Positions 41,465 to 49,486 of a stretch of 64,000 nt of DNA are shown in pieces. The DNA is from a virus, in IMG/VR virus record IMGVR_UViG_3300020463_000009, positions 32,001 to 96,000 of that record. One strand, written 5' to 3'. The notes under the pieces were generated by a model. It was not told the DNA's origin. It was given only the letters and a program-made list of their open reading frames with translations, and made no database searches. Position 1 is the first letter of the stretch; each line of letters starts with the position of its first letter. Both the position numbers and the translations under genes were made by a program.

Positions 41465-42763
41465 ATGACTTATTCGTGGAAGAAAGGTATGTCTATTGAC
41501 GACCAATGGCAAAGTTGGCAAGATAACAATCCAATAGATAAATTACCTGATATAGATACAGATACTTTAAAAGAGGCAGTAATAAAAGATTTATCTTATG
41601 TGTCTGCTATGGATGTAAAAGAATATACACTATATCAAAAATGGTGTGAAGTACACGACAAATATCCTACTGAAGAAGTCAATAGTTTCTTTGACGATAA
41701 ACCAGCATTAAAAAATCCTGACCAAGGGGCGCTCCTTGCTGAAATCAAAAACAACTTTTGGTTACCAGAAAACCAAGAAGAATACCTTGATTTAGAACCT
41801 GAATTATTATGGACAGATGGTGATGATATTAAATCTATAACAGGTAGTAAAATGCCTGCTATATGGAATGGTATGAGAACGTTCTTATCTACTATGAAAA
41901 ACAATAGTAATATTGGTAGAAATTTAAACTTTTTAATCAGAGATAAAAAATCAAAAAAATTACTTGGTGTTACCTGTATGTCTAGTGATTTCCTAGACCT
42001 TACACCTAGAGATAATTATATTGGTTGGGAAAGAGTTGCAAAAACTCAAAGAATGATTAATCATACTTGTATCGGGTCTACCATTGTACCAATTCAGCCT
42101 TTAGGGTATAACCTGGTAGGTGGCAAACTATTGGCACTTTTATGCCTATCTGATACGGTTGAGAAGACCTGGGAATACCAATACAAGGATAAACTAGTAG
42201 GGGTAACCACAACAAGTCTATATGGAAAAACCAAAGAAATACCATTATCACAATACGATAGATTAAAATACTGGAAGAAAATGGGTTGGACTGCTGGTAG
42301 TGTATCTTATGAGCCATTATTACCAACTAGAAAAATGATACAACAATGGTTAATGAAGAATCACACATACAAATACTTTGAATGGTATGTAGCAAAGAAA
42401 GACACAGGACAACCACATAAAAGAGACCATAGAAATAGAAGTCATACCTTTACATACAATCAATTAGGTATAGATAAGAAACTAATTAAGTCTGAACACG
42501 CTAGAGGTATCTATTTTGGTGAATTATATAACAATACTAAAGAATTTTTAAGAGAAGAAATCAAGGCAGACCAATTAGAAAGAAAATTTGATAATTCAGT
42601 AGAGGCCTTGACAGATATATGGAAGAACAAGTATGCTAAAAAGCGATTAGCCAGTTTAACTAAACAGAATAGAATATCTAAAGAAACCCATTTTTATGAT
42701 GACATTATCTATATGAATTGGGAAGATACTAAAAGTAAATATTTACCACAAGTAGGGAGATAA
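41465..42763 (+). CDS. DUF4338/DruA-like protein, paralogue 1
   Basis: GR.L.F...D......LG....S....L..RD.YIGW, P..P...L.GGKLLALL..S, TTTSLYG, SQY.RL, G.T.G motifs recalled from DUF4338 (DruA) proteins. Confidence 0.7.
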   Translation: MTYSWKKGMSIDDQWQSWQDNNPIDKLPDIDTDTLKEAVIKDLSYVSAMDVKEYTLYQKWCEVHDKYPTEEVNSFFDDKPALKNPDQGALLAEIKNNFWLPENQEEYLDLEPELLWTDGDDIKSITGSKMPAIWNGMRTFLSTMKNNSNIGRNLNFLIRDKKSKKLLGVTCMSSDFLDLTPRDNYIGWERVAKTQRMINHTCIGSTIVPIQPLGYNLVGGKLLALLCLSDTVEKTWEYQYKDKLVGVTTTSLYGKTKEIPLSQYDRLKYWKKMGWTAGSVSYEPLLPTRKMIQQWLMKNHTYKYFEWYVAKKDTGQPHKRDHRNRSHTFTYNQLGIDKKLIKSEHARGIYFGELYNNTKEFLREEIKADQLERKFDNSVEALTDIWKNKYAKKRLASLTKQNRISKETHFYDDIIYMNWEDTKSKYLPQVGR

Positions 42764-42766
42764 CCA

Positions 42767-43159
42767 ATGGTAGGACAACTAGAAAAAGAATTTGGCACTC
42801 AAACTAATGAAAGTCATAAATACAAAAGAGTAAGCGACCTTGATATGTACCAACAGGTCGCAAAACAAACGGCAATATATCCGAGAGAACAGGCCATTAT
42901 CTATCCAACATTAGGATTGACCGGTGAAGCAGGTGAAGTAGCCAACAAGGTCAAGAAAATAATAAGAGATGGAACAGATAAGACTAGTGAGGATAATGTT
43001 CAAAAGATATCCGCTGAAATTGGCGATTGCCTTTGGTATATCGCTGTATTGGCTGATGATATTGGCGTTAAGCTTTCCGACATTGCTAACAATAATTTAG
43101 ATAAACTCTATGATAGAGCGAATCGTGGGAAACTCTCGGGTTCCGGCGACAATCGGTAG
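42767..43159 (+). CDS. mazG: MazG-like NTP pyrophosphohydrolase
   Basis: YQ..A..TA.YP, LGL.GEAGEVA.KVKK, EIGD.LWY, N..KL..R..RG...GSGD.R. Confidence 0.88.
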   Translation: MVGQLEKEFGTQTNESHKYKRVSDLDMYQQVAKQTAIYPREQAIIYPTLGLTGEAGEVANKVKKIIRDGTDKTSEDNVQKISAEIGDCLWYIAVLADDIGVKLSDIANNNLDKLYDRANRGKLSGSGDNR

Positions 43160-43236
43160 CGAGAATCTATCAAAAAAGAACAATACCAGAACAAGATACA
43201 AGCGGAAAGCGTTATGGACCGTAGAAAAAATAACGC

Positions 43237-43265
43237 TTGACTTTTATGGAAAAGGCCTGTAGGAT
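43237..43265 (+). promoter_or_regulatory. sigma70-type early promoter
   Basis: TTGACT-17 nt-TAGGAT. Confidence 0.65.
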
Positions 43266-43276
43266 GGATCCATAAA

Positions 43277-45553
43277 ATGAAAAAGGACACTAACACTATG
43301 ATTAATCTTGATGTCAAAGGCTACCTTGCCAAACTGATTGCTTCAGAAAATATTATTATCCAACACAACAAAGTTTCAACGGCGTCCTTTGATGTCAAGA
43401 ATCGTGTATTAACATTACCTATATTTAAAGAACAAAAAGGTGATGTATATGATATGTTGATTGCTCACGAATGTGCTCACGCTTTGTTTACTCCTTATAA
43501 ACAATGGGAAGAAATTGCCTCTGATAATGAGTTAAGAGCATATGTTAATGTTCTTGAAGATACTAGAATTGATAAATTGATACAGAAAAAGTATCCTGGT
43601 GTAGTTAGAAACTATGAGAATGGTTTTGATATACTAGATAAAAAGAATTTCTTTGGTCTTGTTGGTAAAGATATCAATAAAGACTTAATGTTAATTGATA
43701 AAATTAATATTAGAAGTAAATCATTAAATAGATTACCATTCATATTTGCTCCTGATGATAAAAAATGGTTGGCTAAAGTTGACAGCATTGTTACCTTTGA
43801 TGACGCTGTTGCTTTGGCCAAAGAATTATTAGATTGGCAGAAAAAACAAATTGAGCAAATGAAAAAATTACCTGACTTTGATGAGTTATCTATTTCTAAA
43901 GTTTATGATTTATCAGATGAAGATGATGACTTTGAAGATGAATCAGATTCTTCAGGTTCAGATGTTGAACAAAATGATGATGACTCTGACGAAAAAAATG
44001 ATTTCAATAATTTTGGTGATGAAGAAGCAGATGATGAAAAAGACGCTACTGGTTCTCCTGATAAATCTGAAGAAACAGATGATAAAAAAGATGATGGTAA
44101 AGAAGCTACACATTACGGACCAGGTGCTGGTGGTGATTTTGACAATGGCAAATTACTTAAAGCGGTTACACAGGAAAGTTTTGATAAGAGAACAGATGAA
44201 TTATTAGATGATGAAGTAAAAGGTTTTACTTATGGTAATATGCCTGAACCTAATTTTAAAGACGCTTTAACTGACTATAAAAAATTCTTGACTACTTTTG
44301 AAAGTACAAAAGTTGAATCTAGAAAGTATGGTACAGATGTTGCCGCTTATGACAAATGGTTACATACTGAATATAAAAAGTTTCTTAAAGAGAATAAGAA
44401 AACGGTATCATATCTTGTAAAAGAATTTGAAATGAAAAAAGCTGCTACTGCTTATAAGAGAGCAAGTACAGATAAAACTGGTATTATTGACCCATTAAAA
44501 TTACCTTCTTATAAATTTTCAGATGACATATTTAAAAGATTGACTATTATACCTGATGGTAAAAACCACGGTATGATGATGTTGCTTGATTGGTCTGGTT
44601 CTATGAGTGATGTATTGAATCAAACCGTACATCAATTAATTAACTTGGTAGAATTTGTTAGAAGAGTTAATATACCTTTTGAGGTTTACTTCTTTACAAG
44701 TGAAAGAAAATATTTAAATCAAGACTCTGGTTATGATAAATCTTTTACTTATAAAACTAATGATTGGAAATTTGAAGACTTTAATTTAGTTAATGTTGCT
44801 AGCCATAAGATGACTAAAAAACAATTAGATTTATCTATGATGTATATGTTTCATATGGGTGATTATTATGATAGTAATTATGGTAGAAGCTATAGAGACT
44901 TTGATTATAACAAACCTAATGGTTATGGTATACCTAGAGAATTTTCACTTGGTAATACACCATTAAACGAAGCTTTAATATTTGTAAACAAATTGTTACC
45001 AATGTTTAAAAAGAAATATGGTATTGAAAAAATGACCTTGATTACACTTACAGATGGTGGTGCTAATGGTATGAGAGGTAAAATCCACGGTAGTGAAAGA
45101 GACTATGATTGGGGTACTAAAAAAGTTTTCAATATGAAAAAGAATAAAAGATTGATGAGCTCAGACTATGGTCAAGATTTAACTGGTATGTTATTAGATT
45201 ATATTTCAAAAGAATATGATACTAACGTTATTGGTTTCTATCTACTTAAAAGAGTTAGAAGATATGACCTAGAAAGATATGCTGATGGTAAAGATTACTA
45301 TGCTCGTGAAAAAGATTATGCTAGGCTTAGAAAGCAAATGACTAAAGAAAAAGCAGTTGATGTTGATAAGTTTGGTTATAGCAAATATTTCTTAATCAAT
45401 GGTAAAACTATGAAAGTTGAGAACTTTAGTTTACAAGAAGCTACGGTTAAGAAAGGAACTACTGGTGAATTAAAAAGATTATTTGCTGGTTCTATGAAAG
45501 AGCGAATCACTTCAAGAGTAGTTTTAAACAAATTCATACAGGAGGTTGCTTAA
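43277..45553 (+). CDS. Zincin-like plus vWA protein (CobT-like partner of the MoxR AAA+)
   Basis: AHECAHAL (HExxH), NVLED.RI, acidic linker, DWSGSM MIDAS, TPLN, LTDG. Confidence 0.85.
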   Translation: MKKDTNTMINLDVKGYLAKLIASENIIIQHNKVSTASFDVKNRVLTLPIFKEQKGDVYDMLIAHECAHALFTPYKQWEEIASDNELRAYVNVLEDTRIDKLIQKKYPGVVRNYENGFDILDKKNFFGLVGKDINKDLMLIDKINIRSKSLNRLPFIFAPDDKKWLAKVDSIVTFDDAVALAKELLDWQKKQIEQMKKLPDFDELSISKVYDLSDEDDDFEDESDSSGSDVEQNDDDSDEKNDFNNFGDEEADDEKDATGSPDKSEETDDKKDDGKEATHYGPGAGGDFDNGKLLKAVTQESFDKRTDELLDDEVKGFTYGNMPEPNFKDALTDYKKFLTTFESTKVESRKYGTDVAAYDKWLHTEYKKFLKENKKTVSYLVKEFEMKKAATAYKRASTDKTGIIDPLKLPSYKFSDDIFKRLTIIPDGKNHGMMMLLDWSGSMSDVLNQTVHQLINLVEFVRRVNIPFEVYFFTSERKYLNQDSGYDKSFTYKTNDWKFEDFNLVNVASHKMTKKQLDLSMMYMFHMGDYYDSNYGRSYRDFDYNKPNGYGIPREFSLGNTPLNEALIFVNKLLPMFKKKYGIEKMTLITLTDGGANGMRGKIHGSERDYDWGTKKVFNMKKNKRLMSSDYGQDLTGMLLDYISKEYDTNVIGFYLLKRVRRYDLERYADGKDYYAREKDYARLRKQMTKEKAVDVDKFGYSKYFLINGKTMKVENFSLQEATVKKGTTGELKRLFAGSMKERITSRVVLNKFIQEVA

Positions 45554-45594
45554 TGGGTTCCACAACCCTTACCTGGTCTCATATATTTTATGGG

Positions 45595-45623
45595 TTGCCA
45601 AAAGCGAATCAGTATGATAGGAT
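45595..45623 (+). promoter_or_regulatory. sigma70-type early promoter
   Basis: TTGCCA-17 nt-TAGGAT with extended TG. Confidence 0.65.
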
Positions 45624-45639
45624 ATACGTATAATTAATA

Positions 45640-46860
45640 ATGAAAGTGAAAGGACAATACACTATGTTAAACACTAAACAACAAGAGTTTGTAGACCACG
45701 CTGTTAAAAAGTTTGGTACAAACGAATTGACCGTTTCGCAACTTAAAGAAGCCAACAAAAAGTTTGGTTGTAAGTATGCGCCACAATGGTTGATTAAGAA
45801 TACTGACTATAAAGTCGGTAAATCTTTATTTAAATTACCTACTGAAAATGATTCAGTTGTTGAAAAAACTGGCGAGGCTGAAAAAGTTTTACCAGTACAG
45901 ACAACTAATACTGAAGCCGCTTTTGTGGTTTCATCTTTAGTCGGCAACATTGTTCCTCAAAAGGATCCTGTTTTCGTATCATTTGGTAATTATCCAGATT
46001 TAAAATCAATTGTAAAATCTAATATGTTTTATCCTGTTTTTATTACAGGTCTATCTGGTAACGGTAAAACTATGGGTGTAACCCAAGCTTGTGCCGAAGC
46101 TAGAAAAGAACTTATAAGAGTTAACATTACAATTGAAACAGATGAAGATGACCTTTTAGGTGGTTACAGACTTAAAGATGGTCAGACCGTTTGGCAAAAT
46201 GGTCCTGTTATTGAAGCGATGGAGAGAGGTGCATTATTACTTCTTGACGAAATTGACCTTGCTTCTAACAAGATTATGTGTTTACAACCGATACTTGAAG
46301 GTTCAGGTATCTATGTTAAGAAAATTAACAAGTTTGTAAAACCTGCTAATGGCTTCAATGTTGTTGCTACTGCCAATACTAAAGGTCAAGGTAGTGATGA
46401 CGGTAAGTTTATCGGTACTAATGTTCTTAACGAGGCGTTTTTGGAAAGATTTCCAATTACCTTTGAACAGAAATATCCTACTGCTAAGATTGAAGAAAAA
46501 ATCTTGGTTGGTACTCTTGCTAAGTCAGGTAAAAAAGACCAAGACTTTTGTAAGAAATTGGTAACTTGGGCTGATGTAATCAGAAAAACCTACTTTGATG
46601 GTGGTGTTGATGAGATTATATCAACTAGAAGATTGGTACATATCATACAAGCCTTTACAATCTTTAATAACAAAATTAAAGCAATTGAAGTTTGTACTAA
46701 CAGGTTTGATGATGATACAAAGAATTCGTTTATGGAGTTATACACCAAAGTTGACGCTGGTGCCTCTGCTGACCAAATAGCAGAACAGCAAAGACAAGCG
46801 GAAGTATCTTCTCAAACGAATGAGGAGGATGAATCCTCGGATGACGAAGACGTTATCTAA
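45640..46860 (+). CDS. MoxR/CobS-like AAA+ ATPase
   Basis: GLSGNGKT, ETDEDDLLGG, LLLDEID, ATANTKG.G, NEAFLERF, STRRL. Confidence 0.92.
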   Translation: MKVKGQYTMLNTKQQEFVDHAVKKFGTNELTVSQLKEANKKFGCKYAPQWLIKNTDYKVGKSLFKLPTENDSVVEKTGEAEKVLPVQTTNTEAAFVVSSLVGNIVPQKDPVFVSFGNYPDLKSIVKSNMFYPVFITGLSGNGKTMGVTQACAEARKELIRVNITIETDEDDLLGGYRLKDGQTVWQNGPVIEAMERGALLLLDEIDLASNKIMCLQPILEGSGIYVKKINKFVKPANGFNVVATANTKGQGSDDGKFIGTNVLNEAFLERFPITFEQKYPTAKIEEKILVGTLAKSGKKDQDFCKKLVTWADVIRKTYFDGGVDEIISTRRLVHIIQAFTIFNNKIKAIEVCTNRFDDDTKNSFMELYTKVDAGASADQIAEQQRQAEVSSQTNEEDESSDDEDVI

Positions 46861-46882
46861 ACTTTATCATAGTGTAAGTCCT

Positions 46883-46915
46883 TGGAGGCAGGTGTAGTGG
46901 CCTGCCTCCACTTTT
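46883..46915 (+). terminator. Hairpin terminator after the AAA+ gene
   Basis: TGGAGGCAGG-8 nt-CCTGCCTCCA perfect 10-bp stem followed by CTTTT. Confidence 0.75.
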
Positions 46916-46931
46916 ACACAGGAAAGAATTT

Positions 46932-47057
46932 ATGTTTGATATAGAACACGCTATTTTATTTTTGTTTATTTCAATACCATTTAGTGTATTGATAATGTAT
47001 ATAATATTAAGATGTATTAATGCAACAGATAAAGACAGATTGAAGGGAGGTAAATAG
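46932..47057 (+). CDS. Small single-pass membrane protein (41 aa)
   Basis: MFDIEHAILFLFISIPFSVLIMYIILRCINATDKDRLKGGK; AGGA RBS; stop abuts the rpsU start. Not in the ORF track. Confidence 0.55.
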   Translation: MFDIEHAILFLFISIPFSVLIMYIILRCINATDKDRLKGGK

Positions 47058-47267
47058 ATGACAATTACGGTTGAAGTAAGAAAAGGTAATTTAGAAAAAG
47101 CTATGCGAGTAATGAAGAAAAAACTTGCTAAAGAAGGCTTACTAAAGACTCTAAAACAGAAACAATACTATGAAAAACCTTCAGAAATTAAGCGTAGGAA
47201 GAAAAAAGAAGGTATCAAGAACTTCAAAAAGAAGATGAAAAAACTTGAACTTACAAGAGGTTACTAA
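47058..47267 (+). CDS. rpsU: Ribosomal protein bS21
   Basis: V.V...N.EKA.R..KKK...EG....LK...YYEKPSE..R..K; GGAGG RBS. Confidence 0.93.
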   Translation: MTITVEVRKGNLEKAMRVMKKKLAKEGLLKTLKQKQYYEKPSEIKRRKKKEGIKNFKKKMKKLELTRGY

Positions 47268-47304
47268 TTTCCCCGCCTGTGCCTAGATGATGATAAATAT
47301 AGAT

Positions 47305-47556
47305 GAGCGGGCTATTCGTAAGACCTGCTGGCGTGGAGAGGCGACCAGAGCCTGTTAAATGGATTAACGAACTGGTAGAGTTTGGTGGTTCTCTTCAAAA
47401 ACCACCAACGAATTATGAGATTAAGGTGTAGCGAGAGTGAACCTTAATGGTGGATTGTTTTAGCATTTGCGCTTAGTTTCGCACCACCTGTAAAAAAACA
47501 AACTAAAGCTGCTGTGCGATTTTGGTAGTTTACGCCACAAATATTAAAACTACCAC
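47305..47556 (+). ncRNA. Putative structured non-coding RNA with multiple hairpins and pseudoknots
   Basis: GC-enriched intergenic tract with perfect helices TTGGTGGTT/AACCACCAA, ATTAAGGT/ACCTTAAT, GGTGG/CCACC and TGGTAGTTT/AAACTACCA; GATAAATA late-like promoter at 47292. Confidence 0.65.
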
Positions 47557-47580
47557 TTGAAATATAGGAAATAATAACTA

Positions 47581-47615
47581 TATAAATAACTATGATACGC
47601 TCATAAGAGGTATCA
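47581..47615 (+). promoter_or_regulatory. Late promoter and 5' leader hairpin of hsp20
   Basis: TATAAATA at 47581-47588, then TGATAC-g-CTC-ataa-GAG-GTATCA hairpin; AAGGAGG RBS. Confidence 0.65.
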
Positions 47616-47648
47616 AATATTAACTTTGCTTAAAATAAGGAGGTTCTA

Positions 47649-48089
47649 ATGACCAATCACAAAGCAATTCATTCAATTTTTACTGGATTAAGACCGTTCA
47701 CGGTGGGGTTTGACGATATGTTCGACCATTTTGATGAGCTAACTACTCACTTACCAAATATGACGGCTAACAACTATCCACCATATAACATAGTAAAGAC
47801 TGGTTCTTTAACATATGATATAGAAGTGGCACTAGCAGGTTACGGTAAAAAAGACGTATCAGTTAATTACGAGGATAATGTCCTTAAAATTGATTCTGTA
47901 AAAGCTAAAGAAGAGAATAAAGTAGGTGTAATACATAAAGGTATTGCTAAAAGAAGTTTCTCTAAACACTTTACAATAGCAGATGATGTTGAAGTAAAAG
48001 GTGCTGAACTAAAAGATGGTCTTTTAAAAGTGTCTCTGGAAAAAATTATACCAGACCACAAAAAGGCTAAAACAATTACTATCAAGTAA
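47649..48089 (+). CDS. hsp20: Small heat-shock protein Hsp20 (IbpA-like)
   Basis: VGFD..F, NYPPYNI, IEVALAG, HKGIA.R.F...F..A..VEV..A.L.DGLL...L. Confidence 0.96.
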   Translation: MTNHKAIHSIFTGLRPFTVGFDDMFDHFDELTTHLPNMTANNYPPYNIVKTGSLTYDIEVALAGYGKKDVSVNYEDNVLKIDSVKAKEENKVGVIHKGIAKRSFSKHFTIADDVEVKGAELKDGLLKVSLEKIIPDHKKAKTITIK

Positions 48090-48100
48090 TAATTTAAGAG

Positions 48101-48144
48101 AGGCGTCCCAGCATTGACAAAGGGACGCCTTTCGTGTATAAATA
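48101..48144 (+). terminator. Hairpin terminator after hsp20, overlapping a promoter
   Basis: AGGCGTCCC/GGGACGCCT stem with TTGACA in the loop; TATAAATA at 48137-48144. Confidence 0.7.
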
Positions 48145-48225
48145 GGATTATATAAACTAAAACAAAAAATTTTGTTGTTTGTATAAAAGAAATTGTAAGG
48201 CGACAAAGGTCGCAGAAAGTAAATT

Positions 48226-49443
48226 ATGACATTAAATATGCCACAAAACACACAAAGGCTAGACACAGCTTTTGATATTCAACCAACTTTAAAAACTATT
48301 AACGACAATTCAATTATTGTAAATGTAAGTAATACAGATAGATTTACAGACGAGAATTTAAAAACACAGGATAGACTTATTGTCAAAGAAGCATATCCTG
48401 AATTATATGATAGAGAAGATAAGGGATTATTTTTTCAAAGATTTGAGATTAGAGATATAGATACATTATTTGACAATCTAAAAAACAAATACGGTAAGCA
48501 AAAAGGTAGAGCTACAACTAACCAAAAGATGGTTGGTATTAGAAACGATATTTTAGAAAATGGTTTTAAACTAAAATATAACCCTATAGCAATAGCTGAA
48601 TATGCAGATGGTTCAATTAAATTTTTAACAGGTAGAACTAGGGTGGAAATCCTAAAAAAGACTTGCGATTTTAAAAATGCTATTGTAGCCGTTTATTCAG
48701 TAAAAGATAATAAAACTTTAGCAACAAATAACTTAAAGTTTAATCTAATTGATTCTCCAGTAGGTGTTGCTACAACTGGTGATGTTATTGCAGTAGGTCA
48801 AGAACTAATTGATGACGGAGATATAACAAAAAATTTAGATGAGATAAATGCTTGGGTAAATGAAGTTACCGAAGGCAGTCATTTTACAGACAATACTAAA
48901 AACATTATTGCTCAATCACTTTTAAATAACAATTCTTCAAGACCTTATATCAACTCTTGGACACCTGAAAGGGTACACGATTGGATGATAGAACAAGGTT
49001 ATAAGAAAGCTGGTGACCAATATCCTAGTAGTGGTTTATCTTCTAAAGAATCAGTTTACGTACAAACTAAACAAGGTCAAGAACATTTAAATCAATACTT
49101 ATATGTGATAGGTGCTTCTTCATCTTGGAGTAAAAATCTATCCAGAGTATCAGCAATAGCAAACAATACACATTTTGCTGGTAAATCTATTAGAGTTATT
49201 TTACATACTTCAACATTAGATACATTAAATACTATTCAAAAGTTAGAAGAACAATATAACGATAAGATTGAAAAACACAATTTAAATTATAATCAAGAGT
49301 TATTAAATATTGGTAACTCTTACTATACTAGAGAAATTAACGGTGAGGTTGTACTACCTATTATTAATACAAAAGTGGTATTATATGCAACGTTACCAGT
49401 TATAGGCAAGGTACATAAACAAAATGAACTTGTCGTATTATAA
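48226..49443 (+). CDS. Hypothetical protein with a possible ParB-like domain
   Basis: I...I..NGF.....PI.......G....L.GRTR...L resembles a ParB N-terminal core. Confidence 0.45.
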   Translation: MTLNMPQNTQRLDTAFDIQPTLKTINDNSIIVNVSNTDRFTDENLKTQDRLIVKEAYPELYDREDKGLFFQRFEIRDIDTLFDNLKNKYGKQKGRATTNQKMVGIRNDILENGFKLKYNPIAIAEYADGSIKFLTGRTRVEILKKTCDFKNAIVAVYSVKDNKTLATNNLKFNLIDSPVGVATTGDVIAVGQELIDDGDITKNLDEINAWVNEVTEGSHFTDNTKNIIAQSLLNNNSSRPYINSWTPERVHDWMIEQGYKKAGDQYPSSGLSSKESVYVQTKQGQEHLNQYLYVIGASSSWSKNLSRVSAIANNTHFAGKSIRVILHTSTLDTLNTIQKLEEQYNDKIEKHNLNYNQELLNIGNSYYTREINGEVVLPIINTKVVLYATLPVIGKVHKQNELVVL

Positions 49444-49450
49444 TCCACCA

Positions 49451-49479
49451 TTGACAATTATGGTAAGATTTGATATATT
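49451..49479 (+). promoter_or_regulatory. sigma70-type promoter of the tRNA-gp45 operon
   Basis: TTGACA-17 nt-TATATT with extended TG, 7 nt before the tRNA. Confidence 0.75.
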
Positions 49480-49486
49480 AAGAAAT

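Noticed and set aside
45640-46860. Cobalamin biosynthesis (cobS/cobT)
   Set aside because: No cobN or other cob genes, and the partner has a zincin motif; a generic MoxR/vWA pair fits better.
47305-47556. tmRNA or CRISPR mini-array
   Set aside because: No alanyl-tRNA-like acceptor or T arm and no convincing tag reading frame; no identical direct repeats with spacers.
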